64,000 nucleotides of DNA, taken from the IMG/VR virus record IMGVR_UViG_3300036985_003045. One strand, written 5' to 3'. Both the position numbers and the translations under genes were made by a program. Positions 37,847 to 45,960 of this stretch are shown piece by piece; position 1 is the first letter of the stretch, and each line of letters begins with the position of its first letter. The notes beneath the pieces were generated by a model. That model was not told the DNA's origin and searched no databases. It saw only the letters and a program-made list of their open reading frames with translations. The DNA comes from a virus (lineage: Duplodnaviria; Caudoviricetes).

Positions 37847-39012
37847 TAAAAGAAGGAGTCCAAGGTTGCAGTATTTTGTTTATTATATACTAATTGCTCC
37901 GCTTTGTACAACTCTTTTTCAATATCAATAGTTCCTATTCTTGCTACTTTGCGGCGTTCAATAGCTTTTGTATCATTGCGAATCTTGCAAAAGATCCCAT
38001 ACTGGCACATGCCGACCTCCGAACCGTACGTCATCATCTCAGTCTGGTCTTTGCTTAGAATCTTATTATTGTTATGATCAAGTACATTATGGAAATGTTC
38101 ATGGATCTTAATATCACCGAACCCAAAGAACTTCTGATTATGCCTGAACCATACAACTAAATCTCCATTTGTTATTTCCTTTGATGATGCCTTTGGGAAT
38201 AGTAACTTAAGAGTGTATTGCGCTCCAGGACCGGGTTTAACAAAGTTCTCATCATTATCCCATGATAGTTTTGGATTCACTGAATTAGAAGTAGTACAAT
38301 GGTATCCATAATAAGATCCAATACCTTCAATCTCAGTTAATATTTTAAAAGTATTAGAAGCAGCACCTGATTGTTGCATTCTATTAAAGAATCCTTGTTC
38401 TCCTAATCCTGCTACCCAATCCATGATATTACCTGGATGTACTTTATCTGCATTAGGTCCAAATCTTTGTAACTGATACTTGTTCGCTGCACCAAATAAA
38501 GAAGTACGTAACTCAGTTGAACCATAAATTGGTAACTTAATTGATGCTGCTAACTCTAGATTCTTCCGTACCCGGGCACGCTCACCTGTGGTAAAATAGT
38601 TCTCAAAATCAACATGTGCAGTTTGTGGATCATTATTTCTAGTAGCAATCTGATGGATACCTCTAGCTCCATAAAAATGCGAGATGATTGTATTACCAAT
38701 CTTATTATGAACCGAGAGTTTATCATCAGGTAATGATACTATATTCTTCATAATGTATACCATACGATCATCACAGGTAATCATTGGATGGAAGTACTCA
38801 GTATCTGGATTTAATGCATACTCTGTATATTCATACTTTTCTGTTAATCCATATTGCCATTCAGTTCTTTTATTAACCTGTTCAACAAAATATTTAAAAT
38901 CAAGAAACTTCTCAACATCACATAAAGAAAAATACTTTACTAAAGGATAATCAACATTATTAGATACAAAGTTATTAGCTTCTATATACTCTTTACCTAC
39001 AGCATCTATCAT
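37846..39012 (-). CDS. aGPT-Pplase / amino acid:DNA transferase-like protein
   Basis: DDR..YI, HhH-like IEGIGSYYGY, DE.FVKPGPGA...L..LF, E..MCQY; ends ATLDSFF. Confidence 0.65.
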   Translation of the reverse strand: MIDAVGKEYIEANNFVSNNVDYPLVKYFSLCDVEKFLDFKYFVEQVNKRTEWQYGLTEKYEYTEYALNPDTEYFHPMITCDDRMVYIMKNIVSLPDDKLSVHNKIGNTIISHFYGARGIHQIATRNNDPQTAHVDFENYFTTGERARVRKNLELAASIKLPIYGSTELRTSLFGAANKYQLQRFGPNADKVHPGNIMDWVAGLGEQGFFNRMQQSGAASNTFKILTEIEGIGSYYGYHCTTSNSVNPKLSWDNDENFVKPGPGAQYTLKLLFPKASSKEITNGDLVVWFRHNQKFFGFGDIKIHEHFHNVLDHNNNKILSKDQTEMMTYGSEVGMCQYGIFCKIRNDTKAIERRKVARIGTIDIEKELYKAEQLVYNKQNTATLDSFF

Positions 39013-39404
39013 TTAGATTCCCATTCAGTATGGCGAACATTTTCCTTTTCAGTTAAATCATGTTGCATGTACACAATATTAATATGTGGAACTATTTTTT
39101 TAATCATTTCTATTTGTATTGGATCATCTTCAAAATGAATGCCTATTTTATATCCTTGCTCTTCTAATTTAATAATAGTATTTCCCTTATGAATACCGGA
39201 AGACTCTCTACTCTTATTATCAAAAGACAATTCATTAAACATTACTTTGTTATGAATACCTTTTTTGGTAAGCATGCCAAGAGTTTCTTCTGATTCTTCA
39301 AAAGATCTACCGGTTATAATAATATCGTTAAGACCGGGGTAAACACCTCCATATTTACCCATGTATATGACACCATCTATATCAAAAGTATTAATATTAT
39401 TCAT
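39009..39404 (-). CDS. capless HAD phosphatase
   Basis: FDIDGV, ITGRS, HKG, FEDD. Confidence 0.8.
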   Translation of the reverse strand: MNNINTFDIDGVIYMGKYGGVYPGLNDIIITGRSFEESEETLGMLTKKGIHNKVMFNELSFDNKSRESSGIHKGNTIIKLEEQGYKIGIHFEDDPIQIEMIKKIVPHINIVYMQHDLTEKENVRHTEWESK

Positions 39405-40674
39405 AATCTGTTTGACCTGCTTGGAAAGTATACGGTAAATCCTTTGCTATAGGTTTATTTTCTATTAATTGAGGTTTAGTTAACTCAGTCAATATTCGTC
39501 TTGCTAAGGCGTCACACTCAAACTTTGCATCTTCTGTTTTCAATTGCAAAGGCGGAGTTTTTTGAGTCCATGCTGAAGGACCTCTTAAGAATCCAACGAT
39601 ACCCATTTCAGAAGCAACTTTACAAAATCTAATTGCCGATATAACTACACCACCAGAGTTTGGACTATCTTGTACAGATAATCTAGCAGTTAATTCATAT
39701 CGAGCTCCGCCAAAACCATAACCAATAATATCAATATTACATACTTTATTATCAGAACCTACATAAGTACCACCTGGTTTTTGTTGAACAGTTAATGAAG
39801 GACCTGCATATAATGTCATACCTGAATATGGTTCATCACGTACAATATTCTGACCTTTCAAAACATTCTCTTTTGAGATATGTTTATTATGTAATCTTTC
39901 TTGCTTTGCCATATTCAAGAAGTCAGTATTAGCAGTTCTTCCTGTACGGATATGCTCTTGACCTTGTGTAGAACCGCAGGCCATATTTAATTGAATATGT
40001 TGAGTTACTAATATACCTGAATCTATCATAGCACCTTGAAGAACTTCAGATAATCTAGAAGCACCCCAAGCAGATCTCATATCAGAACCAACAATTGTTA
40101 GACCTTTATCGATAAACTTCTGCTCAATAATCTGAGTTTCTTTAGTGGCAATAATAGTTGGGATACAATTAACAAAATGTACACCTGCTTCTAATGCTAC
40201 ATCAAGATAAAATCTAGTAGCCTTTTCTGAACCTACTGGAAGATAGTTAATAAGTACATCTACACCAGTTTTCTTAACAATCGATACGATATCATCGTAT
40301 GATTTTGCCGCTTCTGCACCAGTCCTAAATGAAACATTCTCTGGATAATCAAGCATATGCTCAGCAACACCATCAAGTTCAGGACCTGAAAATACTGTTG
40401 CATCTTTTGGAACACATGTATTATCTATTTCAGATACATGATCCATTGCGCAATTTGGTAAAGCTCTTAAAGCTTCAATTAAGGATTTATTTACTTTACG
40501 ACGATCGACATCAAATCCTACTACGAATTCCATATCTTCTGATGTATATCCTCCAATATCTGGATACATGAGTCCAACTTTATCGTGTGGATTTTGAATA
40601 TAGTATTGAACTCCTTCAACTAACGACTTAGCGCAATTACCTACGCCGATGATACCAACTTTAATTTTTGACAT
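39397..40674 (-). CDS. ino1: myo-inositol-1-phosphate (inositol-3-phosphate) synthase-like protein
   Basis: GVGNCA Rossmann, FDVD..KV, NYLPVGSE.A..FY, N.DFLNM, DSPNS.GV, KTPP. Confidence 0.9.
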   Translation of the reverse strand: MSKIKVGIIGVGNCAKSLVEGVQYYIQNPHDKVGLMYPDIGGYTSEDMEFVVGFDVDRRKVNKSLIEALRALPNCAMDHVSEIDNTCVPKDATVFSGPELDGVAEHMLDYPENVSFRTGAEAAKSYDDIVSIVKKTGVDVLINYLPVGSEKATRFYLDVALEAGVHFVNCIPTIIATKETQIIEQKFIDKGLTIVGSDMRSAWGASRLSEVLQGAMIDSGILVTQHIQLNMACGSTQGQEHIRTGRTANTDFLNMAKQERLHNKHISKENVLKGQNIVRDEPYSGMTLYAGPSLTVQQKPGGTYVGSDNKVCNIDIIGYGFGGARYELTARLSVQDSPNSGGVVISAIRFCKVASEMGIVGFLRGPSAWTQKTPPLQLKTEDAKFECDALARRILTELTKPQLIENKPIAKDLPYTFQAGQTDYE

Positions 40675-40749
40675 TTTTATTTTCCTTACATTTCAGTTTT
40701 AAGACAATTGGTCCCACTTTGGGGAGTAGGTCTATCTAGTTATAACAAT

Positions 40750-41208
40750 TTAATGCATTAATAAATTATATTGTACTCCGGCTTCTTTGAACATATTTTC
40801 AGTGTCAACCCAAGAATCCTGCCAGTTATCTGGAACTTTCTTATCTCCAGTCCACATAACTACTCTTTTTACTCCAACTTGAATAATACCCTTTGCGCAT
40901 TCAGAACAAACTGGTAATCCATACACATATAATGTAGATCCATTTAGTGATACTCCATTAAATGTGGCATTATATATTAGATTCATTTCTGAATGTACAA
41001 CTAATTTATACTTGGTTGGTTTATGCTCATATCTTTCTACTGCATCTAGGATTCCACGTGGGAATCCATTATATCCAGTAGAAATAATATTCTTTTTGAT
41101 AGGATCTACTGCTATAGAACCTACTTTAGTTGATGGATCTTTACTCCAATTAGAAACGTTTTTAGCCATTTCTAAGAACCGTATATCCCATTTAGTAATA
41201 TCAGACAT
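40750..41208 (-). CDS. cd: dCMP deaminase
   Basis: SKDPSTKVG, GYNGFPRG, HSEMN, PVCSECAK. Confidence 0.9.
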   Translation of the reverse strand: MSDITKWDIRFLEMAKNVSNWSKDPSTKVGSIAVDPIKKNIISTGYNGFPRGILDAVERYEHKPTKYKLVVHSEMNLIYNATFNGVSLNGSTLYVYGLPVCSECAKGIIQVGVKRVVMWTGDKKVPDNWQDSWVDTENMFKEAGVQYNLLMH

Positions 41209-41232
41209 CTTTTATATAAGTTAGTTATAATA

Positions 41233-41275
41233 GATCTATTATATCATAGTTTCTAGAAATGTAAACATTTATTTT
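41233..41275 (-). promoter_or_regulatory. early promoter cassette upstream of cd-ino1 operon
   Basis: GTTTAC 41261-41266, 17 nt, TATAAT 41238-41243. Confidence 0.85.
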
Positions 41276-41916
41276 ATTAAGTGAAAATGTTTTTCATATA
41301 CATGCAAACTAGTGCAGTTCCACATAATAGTACCTACTTCTACATCAAGATCCTTAGCAAGTTTTTTCAAAACATATTCTTGCCAATAGTAATCATTCTT
41401 ATATCCAAACACGACATCATTTGATCTCATTTGTACATTAGCATGGAGTTTACCATCTCTAATCATATAACCTACAGCATTAGTGCAGATGAAATCAGAC
41501 ATACCATGTTTATTATAATCAGTCCAAATAGAAGGTCTATTATAAACCATAGTAGCACGTCTAGAGAAAGGATTCTGTTTCAATTCATTTAATACATTTT
41601 TATATTGGTAACCATTCTCTTCAGAGAAGATTAAGTATCCATAGTTACTATTAATACATCCACCTCCACCAGAAATTGCTAACCAGATAGCTGGAGTTTC
41701 ACCGGGTATATCATGTACATTTAAAGATTGAGATTCATACCATTCAACTTCGCGTTTAGCATAATCAGTATTTAATGTACCAAAAATTACAGGTTCATCT
41801 GCATTAAAAGATGCACCCATAATCTCAAGCATTTTACAACCAGTTTTATCGATTACAAAATCAGCATGCATTAATTTATATAAGAACTCTTTTCTTATAT
41901 CTTTAACATTAAGCAT
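41269..41916 (-). CDS. thymidylate synthase-fold dCMP hydroxymethylase (gp42-like)
   Basis: INSNYG, SRRA, DFICTN, MRSNDVVFGYKNDYYWQ with Asp at the dCMP-specifying site. Confidence 0.82.
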   Translation of the reverse strand: MLNVKDIRKEFLYKLMHADFVIDKTGCKMLEIMGASFNADEPVIFGTLNTDYAKREVEWYESQSLNVHDIPGETPAIWLAISGGGGCINSNYGYLIFSEENGYQYKNVLNELKQNPFSRRATMVYNRPSIWTDYNKHGMSDFICTNAVGYMIRDGKLHANVQMRSNDVVFGYKNDYYWQEYVLKKLAKDLDVEVGTIMWNCTSLHVYEKHFHLIK

Positions 41917-42352
41917 TTTTAGAACCTCTTTTTACTGGAATTTCTTCTGCTTTTCCATTAAAATCAACAATAATTACCGGTTCAACTCTAAATGTAGTGG
42001 GAATTAATGGCGAAGTTGAATCATTAGGTTTATTAAAGATATCGCGATCTGGTCTTTGACCTGGGACTTGGCCACGCATATACGCAGCAAGAAATGATGT
42101 ATAGTTAATAAGATCTAATGCAGAATCTTCGACTGATTCATAATTGACTTTACCACCTGCTTCCATAGTTTCAAGTACTGATACCATTCTTAGATACTTG
42201 CCATTAATAGTATCAAGAATAGACCACACACCATGAACATAATAGTCTGCTTGTTGAACTCTAGAAACTGTGTTATTATAATCCTGGCCTTTTTTCTCCT
42301 GAATTTCTGCAGCTTCTAATAAAATATTTGCTGAAGGTCTTGTGTATGTCAT
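41909..42352 (-). CDS. nucleotide-modification-associated domain protein (DUF1599-like)
   Basis: KKGQDY, K..R, ESVEDSALDLINY. Confidence 0.7.
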   Translation of the reverse strand: MTYTRPSANILLEAAEIQEKKGQDYNNTVSRVQQADYYVHGVWSILDTINGKYLRMVSVLETMEAGGKVNYESVEDSALDLINYTSFLAAYMRGQVPGQRPDRDIFNKPNDSTSPLIPTTFRVEPVIIVDFNGKAEEIPVKRGSKNA

Positions 42353-42354
42353 AA

Positions 42355-42801
42355 TTATTTCTCAATAAATGTTGATTTTGAAAGGGATCTCATTTTTGTT
42401 GCTAATTCAGGATATTCATCTTCATGACATAATTCCATTTGTGATATAGGAAATCCTATCATGTTATTGCCTGCTCTAGTTGTATATGTAATGTACTTTT
42501 CTCTATTTGTGCATTTCCAAATTCTAATGTAATTATTTGCACGTTTAACACCATATTCTACAAAATATAAATTGTCAACATTCATACATTTAGTTTTTTG
42601 ACTTACGTTAATAGTAAGATAACCTATTCCAAATATGTCATATCTACATTGAGTCTTTACTTCAAATGTCTCACCATTTGGAAGAACACCATCTTTTTTC
42701 ATATCATACTTATTTTCAGATAAAGTACCGCCTTCTTTATATACAAACCAGTTTTCACCTATATCACCTAATTCTTTACTATTTTTTTGTTGTTCAGTCA
42801 T
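42355..42801 (-). CDS. PD-(D/E)xK-type endonuclease
   Basis: GDIGE ... KKDG ... FEVKTQ. Confidence 0.6.
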   Translation of the reverse strand: MTEQQKNSKELGDIGENWFVYKEGGTLSENKYDMKKDGVLPNGETFEVKTQCRYDIFGIGYLTINVSQKTKCMNVDNLYFVEYGVKRANNYIRIWKCTNREKYITYTTRAGNNMIGFPISQMELCHEDEYPELATKMRSLSKSTFIEK

Positions 42802-42830
42802 AATATAATTCCTTAATAATTGATTTGTAG

Positions 42831-42870
42831 GATCTATTATAACATAAATCCAGGTAATGTAAACATTTTT
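42831..42870 (-). promoter_or_regulatory. early promoter cassette upstream of modification cluster
   Basis: GTTTAC 42859-42864, 17 nt, TATAAT 42836-42841. Confidence 0.8.
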
Positions 42871-43832
42871 TACATATTTTTATAAGCAAATTCAATAGCT
42901 CTACTTGCTTCAGTATTCAAAGGACGTTTGGCATAGATATTAGATGTTTCTCTATCTAACTCTAAAATTAACTGAACAATTTCATATTCAGTTATAGGAT
43001 ACTGCTTCTTAACTGCGAAGCACGCAATTGATGTCATGAGTTTATAAATCATCGAGTATCGACCAGAACCATCCATACCTGATATAGATTTGTACTCAGT
43101 GACCAATTTATGGTTAACAAATGGACAATCTTTATATGAATTCCAATTATAATCTCTTTTAGTTTCTTCTAACTTAGCCTTTCGATGACTAATAACCTCA
43201 TCTCTTAAATCATCCGGTAATCTATCAATGAATGAATTACTATTAACTGGTGCAGTGAATTCATATTTACATATTAACTCCGTAGGATCAACCAAGGTAC
43301 CACGATTGCTAAAGATAAAGTTATTAGCACCAGGGTATTGCGCAGGGACGTAATACATTCTACTGAGGTCTTTAGTTTGGAGATCTCCCATGCATCCAAA
43401 TTCAGAGTTGAGAGCGAACCAGAAGTGTTTGATTTCACTCGACTCAACCAGTCGAGTAAGTGGGAACACGAGTCTAAACTTCGGGAATGCAACAGTGCTG
43501 CTTGCAGTACTATAACAAATGTAATCCCAATCACCAAACCGTCGATAAAGCTCATCTTCTAAGTTTCCTTCAAATTCATGTGTATCTACATCGATAGCTG
43601 CCCATTTACCCCAATTTATTACATTAGCATTGGCTCTAGTAGTACCAGGAGTATAGGTTGCCGGTGAAATAAGAGGCGAAGTCTTTTTAAGGTATTCACC
43701 TCTCTTTGCTTTGTACCCATTTAAAGTTGAGAGATGATATAACGATCTCTCAAACTCTTCAAATGTTTTAAAGTCAACGCGAGAATCAGTTTTATTATCA
43801 AAGATACTCTTGAAAACCGTGAGTGAATACAT
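42870..43832 (-). CDS. AEP / primase-polymerase-like protein
   Basis: LISPA.Y, AIDVD, YST.S, KFRLVFPL, DLSRMYYVP. Confidence 0.75.
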   Translation of the reverse strand: MYSLTVFKSIFDNKTDSRVDFKTFEEFERSLYHLSTLNGYKAKRGEYLKKTSPLISPATYTPGTTRANANVINWGKWAAIDVDTHEFEGNLEDELYRRFGDWDYICYSTASSTVAFPKFRLVFPLTRLVESSEIKHFWFALNSEFGCMGDLQTKDLSRMYYVPAQYPGANNFIFSNRGTLVDPTELICKYEFTAPVNSNSFIDRLPDDLRDEVISHRKAKLEETKRDYNWNSYKDCPFVNHKLVTEYKSISGMDGSGRYSMIYKLMTSIACFAVKKQYPITEYEIVQLILELDRETSNIYAKRPLNTEASRAIEFAYKNM

Positions 43833-43834
43833 TA

Positions 43835-44236
43835 TTAATCAAACACCTGTGCAAACAATCCAACATTGTCAACATGGGTAGGGGCAGTCCAACCTTCAGG
43901 TTTTAGTAAATCCGGAAGTCCCCATGGATTAGGTCGACCTTCTTTAATACCAACTTGTTTTGCTAAATTAGCATCTAATACTCTATTCCATGCAGTATAT
44001 GCATCTACTTCATATGAATCTAAAGTACCAATAGCAAATACAACTAAATCTATTAGAGCATCAACTGCATCATCGGCTGTTTTAGCTTCTTTTAACTCAT
44101 CCAATTCTTCTTGTAAACAACCTATACGGAATGACAAAAACTTAAGAAGTTTGTCATTATCAAAGTTTCTAACAACTTCATTAACACCAAAACCTTCATG
44201 CATATTTGCAATATCATTTACCCAATTATTACTCAT
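43835..44236 (-). CDS. MazG/PRA-PH-like all-alpha NTP pyrophosphohydrolase
   Basis: EELDEL, DALIDL..FA.G, N..K, LLKPEGW..P. Confidence 0.8.
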   Translation of the reverse strand: MSNNWVNDIANMHEGFGVNEVVRNFDNDKLLKFLSFRIGCLQEELDELKEAKTADDAVDALIDLVVFAIGTLDSYEVDAYTAWNRVLDANLAKQVGIKEGRPNPWGLPDLLKPEGWTAPTHVDNVGLFAQVFD

Positions 44237-44253
44237 ATTATCTCCAATTAAAA

Positions 44254-44290
44254 ATCTATTATATCATATTTTCCTAGAAAGTAAACCCTT
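44254..44290 (-). promoter_or_regulatory. early promoter cassette overlapping gp41 stop
   Basis: GTTTAC 44281-44286, 17 nt, TATAAT 44258-44263. Confidence 0.75.
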
Positions 44291-45653
44291 TTGTTTCAAT
44301 TTGTGACTTTTTATTTCTTTCAACCAAGAATTGAGTCGCAGGTTGACCACTTTCAGAAATATCTTTCTGCGCAGATTCTTCAACATCATATAGTTTCATT
44401 CTAGATCTATCAACTCCTATAACAAATCGTTTATAATAACCAGGATCGGCATATCGATTCTTAAGTTGTTTAACCATTATTTGGTTTAAGTTTTCAAGTT
44501 CTTCTGTAGCAATTAAAGCAAACATCATATCTGCCGTTGCAGGTAAACCAAACGATTCTGAAGTATCAGTTAATTCTACATCAGTATTACCAAAACCACC
44601 TCTAGTAGTTTGAGTCGCACTTAATAATGGTACATCATATTCAACTGCAAGACCTCTAAGTTCTTCAGCTATTGATTTAACATAAGTGTATGAATTAACA
44701 CCTGCACCATTTTTAATACGTGAAGAGCAACAGATATTTAGATAATCGATGATTATCATATCAGGTTTGAAGTTACGTTTAATCTTTAGTTCTTCAAGCA
44801 ATGCCTTAAAATGACCTGAATGTGCAGTTGAAGTAGGATACTGTTTAACTATAAGTTTACCGGAGGTCTTCTTAATCAATTTGTTAATACGATTATTATA
44901 TGTAGGTAAATCTATTGTAGCCATCTCATTCATATTCATATTAAGAAGATTAGCATCAATACGTTCGGCAATTCTCTCTTCGGCCATTTCCATAGTGATA
45001 TACAAAACATTCTTATTTTGTAGAAGACTAGAAGCAGCAACATGACACATGAATAATGATTTACCTACGGCAGTACCAGCCAATATGATATTCAAAGTCT
45101 TTTTAGATAATCCACCCTTTGTAATCTTATTAAAGATATCGAGATCAAATGGGATCTTTTCTTCTACTCTATGATAGAAATCATAACGTTCTTGATAATC
45201 TTCAAGGTAATCATGACCTACCGAAGAATCAAAACTAACTGCTAATGCATCTGATAAAAGACTTGGTATAGCATCTTCAGTTTTGTCTTTATGTTTACCT
45301 TCTACTATATCATAAGCATCGATAATCGCATTAATAACGGCTCTATTTTTACAGAACTTTTCTGTATTATCATAAAGCCATTGTTCATTATCAGTTTTAA
45401 ATGTCAACTCATTGATATATTTTTCAATATCCTGTAATTGGTTTTCACGTAATTCAGATCTATTACTAATCTGAATTGCCAATATATCAAGAGTTATTGC
45501 TGAATTATATTGATCAAAAAAGTTAATAATTTCTTGTGAAATTACTTTCTCAAATTGATCATTAAAATATTCAAGTTTAATGAAAGGAATGACTTTTCTT
45601 GCGTATGTCTCATTATGAATCAAGTTGCTCAATATAGTCTGTGTTATCGTCAT
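44274..45653 (-). CDS. 41: replicative DNA helicase gp41
   Basis: AG..VGKS Walker A, ITMEMAEE.I..RIDAN, IIIDYLN, SESFGLPATAD, LKNRY; GGAGGA RBS. Confidence 0.95.
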   Translation of the reverse strand: MTITQTILSNLIHNETYARKVIPFIKLEYFNDQFEKVISQEIINFFDQYNSAITLDILAIQISNRSELRENQLQDIEKYINELTFKTDNEQWLYDNTEKFCKNRAVINAIIDAYDIVEGKHKDKTEDAIPSLLSDALAVSFDSSVGHDYLEDYQERYDFYHRVEEKIPFDLDIFNKITKGGLSKKTLNIILAGTAVGKSLFMCHVAASSLLQNKNVLYITMEMAEERIAERIDANLLNMNMNEMATIDLPTYNNRINKLIKKTSGKLIVKQYPTSTAHSGHFKALLEELKIKRNFKPDMIIIDYLNICCSSRIKNGAGVNSYTYVKSIAEELRGLAVEYDVPLLSATQTTRGGFGNTDVELTDTSESFGLPATADMMFALIATEELENLNQIMVKQLKNRYADPGYYKRFVIGVDRSRMKLYDVEESAQKDISESGQPATQFLVERNKKSQIETKGFTF

Positions 45654-45960
45654 CAATTCCTCCGGTATATGTAATGTCATTTCTAGATAATTGGTGCACG
45701 ATTAACTCTATAAGAAAATCACCAATATATTTTTCGAACTCATCTACATTATATTCTATTCCAGCATTATTGTAAACCTCATAATCAAATTTTATTGGGC
45801 AATCTTCTCCTTCTAAAGCATCTTCAGGAAATTCAACTTTACCATAACTAAAAATTATACCTTCATATGGAGCATCTGTCAACTTAATTGCTGAAAGACC
45901 TTCTTCATTATGGTGTTCTACTATTTTATGTCCAACTAAAAACTTAAAATCATCACTCAC
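45613..45960 (-). CDS. conserved T4-like protein at the gp40 position
   Basis: Between uvsX and 41; GIIFSYGKV, IGD.LIEL. Confidence 0.55.
   Translation of the reverse strand: MSDDFKFLVGHKIVEHHNEEGLSAIKLTDAPYEGIIFSYGKVEFPEDALEGEDCPIKFDYEVYNNAGIEYNVDEFEKYIGDFLIELIVHQLSRNDITYTGGIDDDNTDYIEQLDS

Noticed and set aside
41269-41916. Ordinary ThyA thymidylate synthase
   Set aside because: Asp rather than Asn at the specificity site, gp42-like NDYxW context, and ThyX is already present
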